Assembly: GCA_977030845.1 (NCBI GenBank)
Contig: OZ365113.1
Span: 12,958,001 to 13,022,000, forward strand
Length of the DNA stretch: 64,000 nt
Source of the DNA: Fimbriosthenelais zetlandica
Taxonomy: Eukaryota
Direction of reading: 5' to 3'
Notes under the pieces: model-generated
Databases searched by the model: none
The model's input: the letters and a program-made list of their open reading frames with translations, nothing else
Told to the model about the DNA's origin: nothing
Program-made: the position numbers and the translations under genes
Shown here: piece after piece, positions 1-13,800 of the stretch
Layout of the letters: each line of letters begins with the position of its first letter
Numbering within the stretch: position 1 is the first letter of the stretch

Positions 1-191
1 GGAACGTATCTACTCCCCATGGGCCTCACTGCCAACAAAGACAGCATCAAACGTCACTGGAAACTAGTTCTATGGACAGAAACTGTAAAAAGTTAAAAGA
101 ATATTGAGGGCAACAACATGATTTTGATGGTGTCAAAGACAAAACAAAGAATTCATACAATGTGATTGCAGGTATTGAATTCCGAGAATGA

Positions 192-229
192 GGGGGTGGG
201 GGGTGAAAGGGGGAGGAGGGGGGGGGGGG
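192..229 (+). repeat. G-rich tract, potential G-quadruplex
   Basis: GGGGGT GGGGGGT GAAA GGGGG AGGA followed by a G12 run; four or more G-runs. Confidence 0.7.
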
Positions 230-3200
230 TGATGTGCTCTACATCTATCTACTAATCTCTCCATTAATCATTTGCACTTCACATTCTTGTGTTCCATTAT
301 AGATTGCAGTTCCTTTTTATAACAAAAGCTTTCAATGACCCTTACAAGGTTAACTTGATTAAATGGATCATTGTGACATCTTAAGATTAATGGTATTGAT
401 TACTTCCATTAATTTAATTAAGTGTGGCTCCATGCCTAAAAAGCTTTGAAGTGAACGATCATTCACTTTTAATTACGTAAGAAATTGAAGAATTATGAAA
501 GCATGTGAATATTCTTAATATCATAGAGATATATATGGACACGTATCTAGATGAACAAATGTAGGTGGCCATGGATGGGTAAAGCACCAGGCTTATCTTG
601 GTCTGTTTGAGAATAGGCAGTCTATGGGAGAAATCTCATTTCCTCATGATAATGTATGTGTAATTATGACAACAAGAAAACAATACATCAACCTGGAAAG
701 GCCATCCACATCAAGATCGACCCCCTGCTGATTTCCATCCATTACAATTAGTAGAGGGTCAGCAATGGCAGCAATTGAAGGGAGGGACGGGGTGCAAGAA
801 AATTTAAATTTAAAGGCAAAAAGTGGCAATAGTCTCTTCTTGGCCTGCTTGTCTTACAATGAAAACCCTTCCCAAAAAGAGCAATTGAAGTTGGAATGAA
901 GAGACCAATTCATTCAAAGCATCACTTTACAGGCAATGTGGGAACAAGGGATCAGACAGACACGACGCATCGCCTTGTGCATTCTCCACCCTATGTGGTA
1001 GAATCGTATAGCGAGTAGCCGGTCTTTCATCAGGACTTTTCCATTTGCTGTGTGATTAGAAAGAGGGTATGTTTGACGGACGCAAAATAAAGACTGCCTT
1101 CATTTCACTGGGGCTAATATTAGCCCAATACAATTGGCTGTTCCTGCGACTTTAGCATAACTGCAATGTACGAGCGCCATTACGCCGGCTTCCTACCTCA
1201 CTTAGACCAATTCCGTAGAGACTATTTGTTCTCGTATCCTTGGAAACGCACAGTGTTTATGGCTTCCGCTGACCTCAAGTCCCCTCTAGTGAGCTCTCTG
1301 GGAACTAATATTCAGTTGCATTTTTACCTTATCTCTTGTTATTGCAAAAGCAACGTGAATTATTGCACCTTGCTTTTTCTTGGTTTTAGTGTAAACCCCT
1401 CTTTGTGATTAATACCATCTCTTCTATTATTCACAGCTATTGATTAACTCTAACGAAATTAGCATTTAAGGATTAGTCCCATCGCTCTCCGGGAAAGGGA
1501 GTTAATTATTTATTCCAATTTTCATATCTTAACGGATGAATACAATTGGAGTGACATCATGGAGACAAAATATACACATTTGTCATTGCTAAAGCTCTTT
1601 TCATTCAGACAGTGGCAATTCAACATTGCCGGGACAATCAATATACCATTTATCACCCCACAATTGTCATATCACTGTGTCTGCTAAAAATGGAGACACG
1701 GTTGCCATGGAAACCAAGGGGTCGTCAGTGGGAAAAGAAAAGCTCATATAACAACGTTAGTGCTTTTATCCGCCACCGAATATAAGAAAACCGAAATGGA
1801 TTCATTCTTCTGATGGAAAATTCTTTTAATATAAAAAGTGTTCCTTTGGTAAGTGGATTTAATCCCTCTTTTATCACATTACTTGAATTGGAACGCAGAG
1901 AGAAAAGGATTATTCAGCATGGATTAAGAATGTGTTTATATAGATAATGTAAAAGTCCAGCAATATACAGTCAGAAAATGATATAATTAATATTGATTTG
2001 ATTTTATAGAAATACGAAAAGCAATTACGATTTTTGTGGGCTGCAGTATTTGAAAAGAAAATTATTAATTCAGAATACAAATGGATCTGCATCTTTTCAT
2101 CTGTGTACATTTTTGTTATGCTGATCATGAATGAAATAGGAAGTTCATGAATTTGTTATAATACAGAAGTGAGTCAATGTGGGAATGAAAAGTCATTGAC
2201 CTGATGATTTCTACAGTTCGTCAAGAAAACCCCATATCATCTTAATATTTTACTACATGCGTCTATAAAATAAGGTCCGTATAAGCCTTTTCCAGAATAT
2301 TCTTTTCATTTCCCATGCTTTCCAGAAAATTCTTTCAGTATTTAAACGGTTAAAACTTGAGTAGTAATAAATGGGGTCTGTGATAGTCAACAACCTAAAC
2401 ATACATGAGAAAGTAGAGACAGTGGACGGCGTGTAATTTAGCCACTCATTTTCAACTTTGTGATTATGAAGCTTTAACGATCCTGTAATTATGAATCAAC
2501 ATTTAAGTCCCTCCAACATTTAGGGTGATTTACTATAATGGCACGGACGCATTGAAAACTCTGTGGGCCACACTTAATATGATTAACCAGCCTACACGAG
2601 CTCATTTAATAATACCGATTTCCAACTCCATTTTCGAACTTGTATGCACCAGCTTGAAATACCACTAATTAAACCATTTAGCAGTGCAATTAGTATTGAT
2701 GAGTGATAATCAACGAGGACAGCAGTTCAACGGAGGAGAAGGGAAATGCAGTAGAGTAAGAAGGATTGACATGGGCGCGAGAAGGCGGATGAGATATGAG
2801 GCATGGAGGGGAAGAGACAGGTATATGTCAGCCATTCTAAAAGAGATAGTCCACATGTCTGATAGTCAAGCCAGGGATAATGTCTAATCTACATCCATCA
2901 TAATACTCCTGCTTAATCTGCCAGGATAATATCAGTCCTCAAACTCCAATCACTTTCAACACGAAGCATGAGACCATTACAAATGACAAAATGTGATGAG
3001 GAAATGCACATAGAGAAGGGAATGGGTAATCATCCTTCTAACCTTCAACCTGTCTCTTCACGTCAAAAATATAGCCTTAAAGACAGTCACTTCATATCAA
3101 CAATTCAGCCTAGATAAACAACCCAAAAGGTTTTAAGTATTTTTCCTCGACCATAAGCCCATGAATGACAATCTCCACTTTGCTCGGCATCCCCCGAATC

Positions 3201-6200
3201 TGGGCAGTGCCACCTAACGTGAATCAACCTTTCATTATAAAAGAAGCAGCAAGGAAGAATCAAATTTGCATAACAAAACTGAAATATCAATACATTTATT
3301 TGGAGGGTTCCCCCCGAGGAGATTCGGTTACAGATATTCTATCCTCACCAAATTCCAAGCACAGTTCTTGCCACAATTTCCCTCCAGTATTGTATCAACA
3401 GAGAAGACATTGAGATCTAATTGATGCATGCCAGTGAGTGAAAAAATAACATCAAGAGAGGAAAAAGGGCCTGGATCCGACTGCAACTCGGCTCTATCTC
3501 GTTGATTAATTTTTCTCATCTCAGACCTATTTCCTTTAGTTTTGGAAACAATTAATCAGGAATTTCAAGCGGGGTTAATGAACTGTTGTGCTTTGCTTCT
3601 GTAATGACATTCAGATATGGCGACACTGAGGAATCTTTTACTTGAATATGGCAGTTAATGGGGCAAAACTGTGCAGTATGAAGCATCCATTACGACGGCA
3701 ATATACTTATTAAACTGAAAGCTGAGCGCATTAATATGGCACGAGTGGCATCCAAAACAGCTCTGTTTACAAAGCCAAAGAGTCGTTACATGGGGCCGAC
3801 TGGCGAGGTAATAGGTCACATTAATCTTCATCACATGTCTATGTATATGTGCGCTATGAAAAGTGACTTTTATAGTCAGTTTGATGATTTAAATATCTCA
3901 ACATAATGCCGGCAGGGAACTATAAATGGGCCAGTTCAATCAACCAAATGTATTGGTCAGCGTATGAATGTTTTTTTCCTGAGTGCATACATGTATTAGT
4001 GCTCAGCCATATAGGTTTTATAACAAATCATTAAATTCGGTGAAAGTAGGCACGGGCTGCAACAATGAGAGGCAGGACATCAACAGTGGTAGCATATAAA
4101 AGCTGCTAAAATGGTGGGTATGTGGGGACAATTAAAGTATGATAATTGTAAATTTTAAGCTATTCAATAAATGTTTGGAAGGTTCCAGCATCCACCCCTG
4201 TCAACAAAGTGTACAGATTGTGTGTTTGCTTTCGCCCCTCCCTCTAGGGTCCTTTCTACAACATGTGCATGTCATTCCTGTCCTATGAGAAGACCCAGTC
4301 CCCAGTCACCGTACTCCAACGACTACGAGAGATATCTCTAAGAGTTGCATGGACTGATCTCCAAAAGGGGAAGGGGCTGAATCTCATTAATACAAACCAT
4401 TATCTTTACTCAAAGCTTCAATATTAGGTTCATACATAAAATATAATTAGCTAGCACAGGCCCATAAACTATTATATTGAAGGCTTTCTTTTCTTCATTT
4501 CATTAATGCTTGGTCTAAAAACTCCCTGCCTTCAGGATGAGGAATAGGAGAAGTTTAATTTCCAGTAAGATTAAATTGAAACTAACGATGAGTTTCAATT
4601 AGAGGATAAGGTTACATGATTGCAATCAATTCTGCCACTTCCCAAATCTTCTTCCTTTTAACCAATTAATAAAATGTCAATGTCAAAATGTGATTGGTTT
4701 CTCCACGGTCCTTATGGTTCAGAGAAGTAGTAACATTGTGAAACTACACCGTCAGATGGGAGCATTTCAGACGTGCATCTCTTAGACGGGAATCATTTTG
4801 GTTTAGTGTACGTGTACACTCTAATACAAGGCCTAGCATCGTTTGGTATCACACTCAATAATGAGCGCTAGCGGCCAACAGTACCCAACTAATGGACTCC
4901 AGTCTCAAATATCACCCAAAAGCTTGAATTACAGTGCAGACAATTACATGGCTCGAACCTTTTTAAATAATAGGGTGTCCCTCCGAATTATAGAGCTGTC
5001 GCTACAGCTTCTGAAGAACAATATCCCATTTTGAAAAGTCAAATATATTATATTTTTCCCTCTATTAAGTTAGCTCAAAAATCCTAATCTGATACGGAAA
5101 TTGAGTATGTGATTCATAACCAAAAATCATGTCTCACTGCATGTAAAAAGAAACAAATTTAAAACCCAAACTGATAACAGGAATCCGAATGCATGCATGG
5201 TGCCTGAGAACTGAGCCATGATTTCTATATTAGAATGTTCTTTCAATGCCATCTCAGGATAAGGGTAGTGAGGCCCTAGTCAATGCCGACTGACAGATGC
5301 CGTGATGGCATCATCGGCTCCTGATGACCCTCTGACGGTAACTGTCACTACTCATCTGCTCCTCAACTGCTCTGGACGTGTGCCGAGTGACTCGTCTACA
5401 GGCAAACTGTGAAATTGAATGGCTGTTAGCTTGAGGACAACTTTCAGGATTAAATCCTCATTGCATCCTTCCCCCATATCCACTCACTCCAAAAGGTGGA
5501 GTTACGGATCGAGGAGGAAGTTAACATTCCTGGCTCAGGAATAAAAAAAAGATAAAGTTTCTTAACATAACTCTACGTAAACAATTATATGAAGCACCAA
5601 AAGGCAGGCGTAATAAAGGCATGTATATATTCACATGTGACACATAAGTGATGTCATAAAATATTATGCCAGAAGATTATTATGACCAGGTATATCATGG
5701 AACCGCTTCAACAATAAGATAGAAATCATGTGCGTGCTTAAACCTTTTTTCCGACCGAAAAGAAACTAATGAATATTCATCACTTGGCTGCTGTAGAGGG
5801 CCACTATACGAGCCAAACATTAGGCATATATATACACCACCTCCTCATAGGACTGTATGGAGGAGTTGGTCCCCTCCAGGCTGCCTCCCATGGCCAACCA
5901 TTGTGCCTTCTGGCGATAATACTATCATTAGGAGGCACACAACACACTTGTGCTCGTTTAGATGGTTCTTCCATGATGAATCAGCGGACTAAGGGTGCTC
6001 GGGGGTCCTATAAAATCCAACATAAACCCTCACAGCAAGCCCAATAATAAGCATGGACCCTCTCCGATGACCCCCGGCTTTCTCTAATGTTACTCCCACA
6101 GCCTGATCAAGGATAACTGTTTGGCTGTACATCATCCTGTTGCTCCTGTATGCCAGTGTCACCAAGGTCCGCATTCCTCCGCGGGCTGCCATCAACAATT

Positions 6201-9200
6201 GTAGGTGTTTCTTTATCACTCCGCCTTTGTCAAGGTGTGCTCAGCCGAGAGTTGTGACTTGGTGGTTTGGGACAACATCGGACATGCAATTATCAATAAG
6301 ACGGGGCCTCGGGGGCCAGGGGGAAGCCAGGATTAGCATGTACCTCCCAGCACAAGGGGGATGATAATGGTTCCATTGAGTGGACAATTGTTGTCTTGCT
6401 TGTGTGTTAATACTCATTTTCGGCCGTCCTATAGCCTGACTATTGGTGTTAAGTGTGGGCAAATTTACTGTGCAGATTAATAATCTTCCTCTTCATTACT
6501 GGGAGTTAATAGGGATGTGAGTGGTAATGCTTGTATAACATCGCTCATAGAATAGTGTTTAATACACCATTTCCCGCAAAGTATTCAGCAATTTGTTTCT
6601 CATTAAAGACTAACTGAGTATGGAGGAAGAATGAAAGATCCTCCTCCTACAGGTGGCCAATACGGAATATTTAACACTGGCATCCAGACCAACTATAATC
6701 CTTTAATGTCAACCGCCTATCAGTCAACGACACCCCGACATATAAGATTCATGGGGCTCTCTCACTGCGTTAAAACCTTGACAATATTGAATGTTTTTTG
6801 AGCAAATTCACCCAGAAAAACATTTCCTTCTCCGGCTTTCACATTCTCTCTAGGTCAGCTGAATATAAGGACGAAAAGGAACCCGGTCGCCAGTCGATTT
6901 CTTGCAATATACAATAGAGTGAATCAATGACAATATTACAGTGGAAACCAGCGGAGAGAAGGTACTTGAGTAGTATATGGGGAGTGTCCACAGAGCCTGG
7001 CAATATTGAGAGTAGTTTATGAAAATGGGGCAAATGTGACGGCACATAAAAGACCCTTTGGCCAGGCGTTCTCGCAATGTGCCTGTATATGATTACACTT
7101 TCCAATTCCACAAATACCCTCCGACAGCAATCCCGGTGGTGTACTTAAGCCTTGATGAATGAGTTATAAAGATATACTTAAATGACCTATGTTAACTATA
7201 AGACTATGCAGGGCAGTAAATAAACTGACAGAAGCAAATGAAACCACAATGCATAATTCATGACCAGAAATGAAAGTTCATCGATTCAAAAACCAAAATA
7301 ATAAATTTTCTTTTCCGGAACAACACAACTGAATAGTATCACGCACGTATCTTAAATAGGAAGCAATCTACCAAAAGTAATGTAATGAGGTAGTTCACCG
7401 TGGATATGTGATAGAAGCAGGTCCAGGCCTACTAAAATCCCATACAATACCGGAAAGAGCTCAACACTTTAAGTACCGTACTGCTCATGCAAGTCTACAG
7501 TTAACGACAATGAATCCAGTGGACTCTCAGAATAGATACAAGTTAGAAGAGAATCCTTGAAGGAACACAGTTCAATGCCAAAAAGATAGCGATAAAACAA
7601 AAATACTAACCAGTGTTCAGCATATATAATGAACGATCGACGATGAGCCTAACACAGATTTTTAAAAGTTAAACTCATTTTTAACTCTTTAAAATGACTG
7701 GTACAATCTGGCGTGATTTCTAAATTCAAAAGCATGCTTTATGGGGAAGCAATGTGGAGGAAAGGCATTCTTGTACTGAGGACAGGCCGATTAGCTCCAA
7801 CACTGACCCACACAAAAGATGGCTAGTGTCCATTAGGTATGTAGCGGTCAGTCCAGCTTACTTGGACTCGGCTGATTTTATGTGTGTCCGGCCTGGGAAG
7901 TGTCCACTAGATTAGGCCTGTAATGGTGAATCCATCCATCTATCACGAGCCCACGGCCCATAACGACAGAGAGCCAGGACTTAGCTTTTAGTCGAACGTT
8001 GACTTGTAGCTTCACTTGAGCTTATATCATGCGAAGAATCACAACTCATGCTTGTATGGCTGTATACTAAGAGGCAATGCCATTTACTGACAGACATGTG
8101 ATCATGGGAATGGGTGGAAAGAGAGAAACATGAGACATGTCATGCACTACACCAAGTGTTGCCCTATAGAGGTACTGATTGAACATTGAAAATCGAAACT
8201 TAAAAATGACCAGATCACAAACCCAACTCCGTAAAAACCTCATCTCTTGCGTACATCAGATCACATTCTGAAGCTTTTTTTCATCAGATGTAAATGATTT
8301 TTACATAAGTTTCAGTCCTGAATGTTTAGAATATATATCATGAAAAAATAAGAGAAACAGTTGTTTTGCGCACTAGAATTGCATACTATTTCGCGGAAAA
8401 AAAACAAAATCAGCACCAATTTGTGCAGATGATTAATAGAACATCGGAACACTAGAGGAGTTGTGGGGAGAGTAGGAGAGGACTTCATGCTGAGGATGAT
8501 GTACAATGGTTTGGATGCAATAAAGACTCATTTAAAGAGTGTGTATGTACAGCCTTGTCAGCACACGAGGATAATATAACAAAAGATAGAGAACTAGAAG
8601 GCAGCATAAATCAAGGAACATAGACCATCCCCTTCTTCACACTAATGTACTCTCAGAGGTCAGTACAATGTCTTGTGGTAGTGCTGCGATGAGCGGAATT
8701 CCAAATATGAAATATCAAAGGACTTCAAAAGATGGCATTAACTCTAAGGGCTCCAAGCCTGACACAGTTAAGCAAATTAAAAAGTTTTGGCTTTTCGTTA
8801 AAATCCATTCAGATGCATGTTTATGGAAAAGTTTTGGTGTTTTATTCATTCAGCCATGCACTCCCAAAGAAGTATTCGAATCATTTCTAAGAAACTTTTA
8901 TCAAGTTTCCAGCTTAGTGGGAATTAGGAGATGTTTGGAATCATGGTGGGGTAATTTTAATGGAGGATAGCTCTGAATAAATTTTCAATGCCCCATGTTT
9001 AATAATGGGAGGTTGATCAGCTGGGATGTTTTACTTTGGACTGAAATGAATATTGTGAAACCATGTTTTCTTAATGAAGCAAATCTAATTGGACAGTTTG
9101 GAGAAAAGCAGGAGCGAAGGCAGCCCATTTAGAGATTATCTTGGCCAGTGCAATCAAATCAAATTAAAAGTTTTTTAATCCCTTCAACCTTTTCTCATCA

Positions 9201-9404
9201 CGATGTAGCCTTGTTTACAGTGGAATCGCTCTATGGTGTTTGGAACCTAGTTTAATTTTATGTTCATTGTCTGCAGATGTAGCCCACTTTTCCTGCCTTA
9301 CAGGAAAGAGAAGGAATAATGAAGCAATTGGAAAGTTGGACTCTTTCCTCAAACCTCAGCAGCCATATGGAAATCTATTCACAAAACTACACAATTTTGG
9401 AGAG

Positions 9405-9444
9405 CATTCATTCATTCATTCATTCATTCTTTCATTCATTCATT
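9405..9444. repeat. (CATT)n microsatellite; (UGAA)n on the minus-strand transcript
   Basis: cattcattcattcattcattcattctttcattcattcatt, about 10 units with one interruption. Confidence 0.9.
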
Positions 9445-9557
9445 TCATATATTCACACAAGGAAAAGCACTAAAAAGACTATTGATAAGCATCAAGCATT
9501 ATTCACATAATATATGGGAGAAGCTTTCAAAATGAATTAGATTTTGGTAAATCCTAC

Positions 9558-9624
9558 CTTGATTTCCCAAGTGAAAAGCAAAGATTCCAGAAAGGCAGAT
9601 ATACATACCTGAAAGGAGAAGAAA
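9558..9624 (-). other. Candidate recursive splice site with 51-nt cryptic RS-exon
   Basis: Minus strand: atatttcttctcctttcag|GTATGT (junction 9609/9608); second donor AAG|GTAGGA after 9558. Confidence 0.55.
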
Positions 9625-10850
9625 TATTGGTTACTACTACAACATAAAATTGCGTTTCAAGTAATCCTACAGACCTAAATTCTGAACTCTAGTGCTGGAA
9701 CAAATATTTGACAGAAGGCGGCATTATATTGGTATACACCAAAGATTTTAACCAACAATTAAGGTATGAAAGCGTCAATGTAAAATGTGAATGTGAAGCT
9801 GTTAACATGCACATTAACCAAGTTAAGCTAAAGGACATGACATTTAAATATGTGTTTTTAAAAAGATCCATGCCTAGGGTTCTATTCAGCCTAAAAATAA
9901 GTCATATTGGAAACAATATTTCAATTACAAAGCAAATGCAAGCATTCATTTAGAAAAGGGGAATATGTCTTCCATAAGCTTTTGAAAGGGGAATATCAAT
10001 GAAGGGGGGAGTGAGCATTTGTTTCATTTGAAACTAATAGAAAAGACATTTTCTTTGCCACAGAAGGCCGTCAGCTATAGTTCTCTCTGTTATGAATAGA
10101 TTTCAAAAGGCAATTGTATCTCGCTGACATGCAATCAGTATAAAGGAACAATGTGAAATTAGATTGCTTCAGACGGATCAAAAAGGAGAGAGGCTCTACT
10201 TATTCTTCAGACGATGGCGATAGATATGCTTCTCTGGCAAAAGAGAACATAAACATTTCTAAAGGCACTGGCCTCAATCTGCCCAAGCTCCAGCTGCGCT
10301 TAAAAACGCGCTTCCAATTTGATCAGCCGGGAATATTTCATTCCCTCTCCGGCCTCTTCAGATGCCTAATCCAATGCTGATGCAACGGCTTTTTAACACC
10401 CCGCGTACTTTTAAAGGAAAACATTTTAGAATTATTCCATTACAAATATTGAGGACAAAGTAGGCAGGTTTTAGCTGGAGGCATATTTCAAAGGGATGCT
10501 TTTTGCTGCCCTGCTTAAAGCTATATAGAAGCTAGCTGTACGTCATTCACCGTGCCATTATAAAACAAAAGCCAAGCCGCATCTCCCTAAGTAAAATATT
10601 GGTTTTTGAAGAGATACAAAAAGCATGATAATTGAATGATACTTCGTGCATCGTAAAATCTAAAGGATCGCACTCAGGGAAGGAAACGATTCTTGAGGAT
10701 CGAATGGGATCTAATGGGTGGATACTCTTAGAGACACCTGGTGGGGTTGTTCTGACATATATGATGACAACTGTTAGTCATCCAGTCATCCAGCATGTCA
10801 CCCGGCTCCATATCATCATACTCATCATCTCTATATGCACACTGAGGCGC

Positions 10851-10878
10851 GGGAGGGGGTGGGGGTGGGGGTGGGGGG
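10851..10878 (+). repeat. (GGGGGT)n-like G-tract, potential G-quadruplex
   Basis: gggagggggtgggggtgggggtgggggg. Confidence 0.75.
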
Positions 10879-13800
10879 TAACAACTCCCTCCCACCTCCC
10901 CTATACTTCCCACCCCCAGAATATAGCTACATCAAAGTCATAGCATTTCTCTCTTTACCATCACCCAGATGTCGCCTTTGTATCTCCCCCGTGAAGAGTT
11001 CCACATTACCTACATGAAAGGTGCCCTTGTTCCTCAATGCTTGAAGGTTGGCTGAATTAGGAGGAAGAGAGATCCCCTCGTCTTTATCTGTAAAAGACGG
11101 CCCCGGTCCTCACAAAGGGGTTATTAATACAGAATATTAACACACATAAAGACAGCCCAGATCACAAGCCCCCCCCCTTTGGTATTTTGAAATACAGAAA
11201 AAGGAGCATATTCAATTACTGCAAAGAAATGAATAAGAAATGTTGTGAGTGCTTATGTATTGATTGTAAGAACTAAAAGCCTTCTGTTCTCCCCGAGAGA
11301 AGGAAAAGTGTATCGGTTATGTGAAGTAAAATACCAGCTAGCTTCTCCATAGGTTATCCTAGAATATGTCCTGAATGTAGGTAACATGATGTGCACCTTA
11401 TTATTTGTCATTTGTCATTTGTCATTTTCTATAAGTCTAGTGTTTCTGTGTCGTATTTCAAACTTTGTAATGGGAACAGTTAGGGGATCTCGCTCTATTA
11501 AATTTGAGATAAATAATTCGCTGGTTTTATCTTACAGAGCTCTTCATAATAAGAATACAGTATGTTTTGTCCCATGAAGGGAATGGACTTTTACAAAGTT
11601 GGTTCAAGGATAAGCAGGTAGACATAGCCCCCAGAGGAAATAACCTCGAGTTGTGAAGCTCTAGTTGTTGCGAAAAGGTAGTCTAGAACAATCAGATTCT
11701 CCAGTTCAAGAAATAAGATGTTTCCTGACGTTTCAGAAGGATACGAAACAAATAATTTAAAGTAATCTACTTCAAATGACATATATTAGGGAAAGGGAAG
11801 ACATCCATTACAATTCCATCAGAACCCTGAAAATGCTTAAAATACAACCCATCAGCTCTGCTCCCCTCCCCTCATGCGCACTCCCATCGTTTTCAAAAAG
11901 GATATTTCACCATGAGCATGATGACAATGTCCACCAATGCATCATTAAGCTGGCCTGTATACAGATGTGAGTATCTCATGCTCTACCCCTCACCTCTTCT
12001 ACCCTGGAGGTCTGGTGGAGGAGGTATAGGCAGGGTGGAGGGTTGGGACTGATGGTAACCTCCAGTCTTTACTGGGCTCGTCTACTGATTACTACTGTCA
12101 ACCACACCTACACACCAACAGCTGGCGTCTCCTTTGAAGCCAACGCTCAAAATCTCACAGGCATATATGTCATAAAGGTATACTAGGAATTTCTATGAAC
12201 TTTTCTGCAGGTTTTTAATTATTAAAATATTACTAAAATCAACAGGTTTTCGATGGAATATTGAATTCTAACGCTTTGACATAGTACATGCTTTAGACAT
12301 AAAAGGGAAATTCTGGGTAAATTGGAAATGCTCCATGCCAATTATCTTAATTATTGGAGCGTTGGCAACCAGATTTGAACAAATAGAATTAGCACTTCCA
12401 TTACATTTTGCATGTATATGTGCGTAATGCCAAGTTGCCAAGTCCTCTTCAAATAGGATACATACAAGGATGCATGTATTAGAATGTTAATCAGTTAAGA
12501 ATGCATCTTTAGATCTATTCATGAAAGATAATTGAACTAAAGAATCCTTGTCTTTCATAAAAGGATTGCATGACGTCCTCTATTGATTTGTCAGAATGTC
12601 TGGAACATGTATACATATATTATAAGGTGAATTGCATATCCACTGTTAACCTAACGTTTACATTAATTTAAGACTGACTAAATATGTTATAATACAATGC
12701 TAAAGGCTCAATAATAAAGTGGAGAGGTCAGATTGGCTCCATCACCCACAAACACTTTAGAGCACGCAGATATTACAAAGGTTTTAAACTCACGGATAAC
12801 AGATGCAAGTGAGGAAGGCTGAATATAAAGAAGCCAACATCTGACAATTTAACAAGACCCTACAGGTTTTATGAGGGAAGAACCTTCAGTGAAACATTAA
12901 AATCCAGTGCCTTCAAAAAAGGGGAAAAGGTCAAATTAAATCGGACAAATAGATCCATTTCTTTCATCATTAAGAAAACTGAATCCAAAATAAATCAAAC
13001 AAAAGAAACTTGATTAGCCTATTCAGATTCTGAAGGGAAGAACCATGTGGAAATGATTCGGAATAAAACTGAAATGCTGTATCAAACCAAAACCCATTAA
13101 CAATGAAACAAGGAGTTTCATTTGGAGATAAAAGGCACTGTAATGTAATAACAGGAAAATGTTATCAATTTCCGAAAAAGATTAATGGCACGACTTTTGT
13201 GAAGAATTGGCCAGCCCAACAATACATTAAACCTTAATGAGATGTGTTTTTAACCGATCCTGTACAATGGGAAATACCAAAACCTAATTTTGAGGGGAAA
13301 GTTAATTCCTCAGAGCTTCTGAGGGTCACTGCAAACCAATTGAAGAAAACATGCACACTTAAAGTAATAAAAGAATGACAATACAATACAACAAACAAGC
13401 TTTGTCAACATGAAGTCTCTAACAAGGCATTTCTACCAGGAAACTATCCTTTAAAGATTCACGTTACCATAAAACGTATTAATATGAGGCGTCTGTTATA
13501 GGATCAATCATCAGTTATTATTCTGTACATATCATCTTTAGTTCTATAACGGCTCAGAGCTCATATCCATGTCTTTGAATCTCAGTGGGAAGCATTATGT
13601 ATATATATAAGAGAACCATATAAGAAAATGTCTTGTATTTAGCAAGACAACAGGTATGATACAATTCACACAATCTGCTTGATAAGCATTTCTTTCCTTT
13701 TAGGCTTTCTAACCATAGCGAAAAGCAATAACGTGGAAGCGGATTGTCAAAAGGCATTATTACTGTCAGATATAAACCTAGAATAGACTAAAAGATGAGA

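Noticed and set aside
5769-7111. Cluster of overlapping 70-90 aa ORFs in a GC-richer patch
   Set aside because: ORFs on both strands, no recognisable domain or splice frame; possibly old repeat DNA but unsupported
11001-11030. Weaker minus-strand AG|GT sites (11010, also 29018 and 32909)
   Set aside because: Short or interrupted pyrimidine tracts or weak donors; within chance expectation
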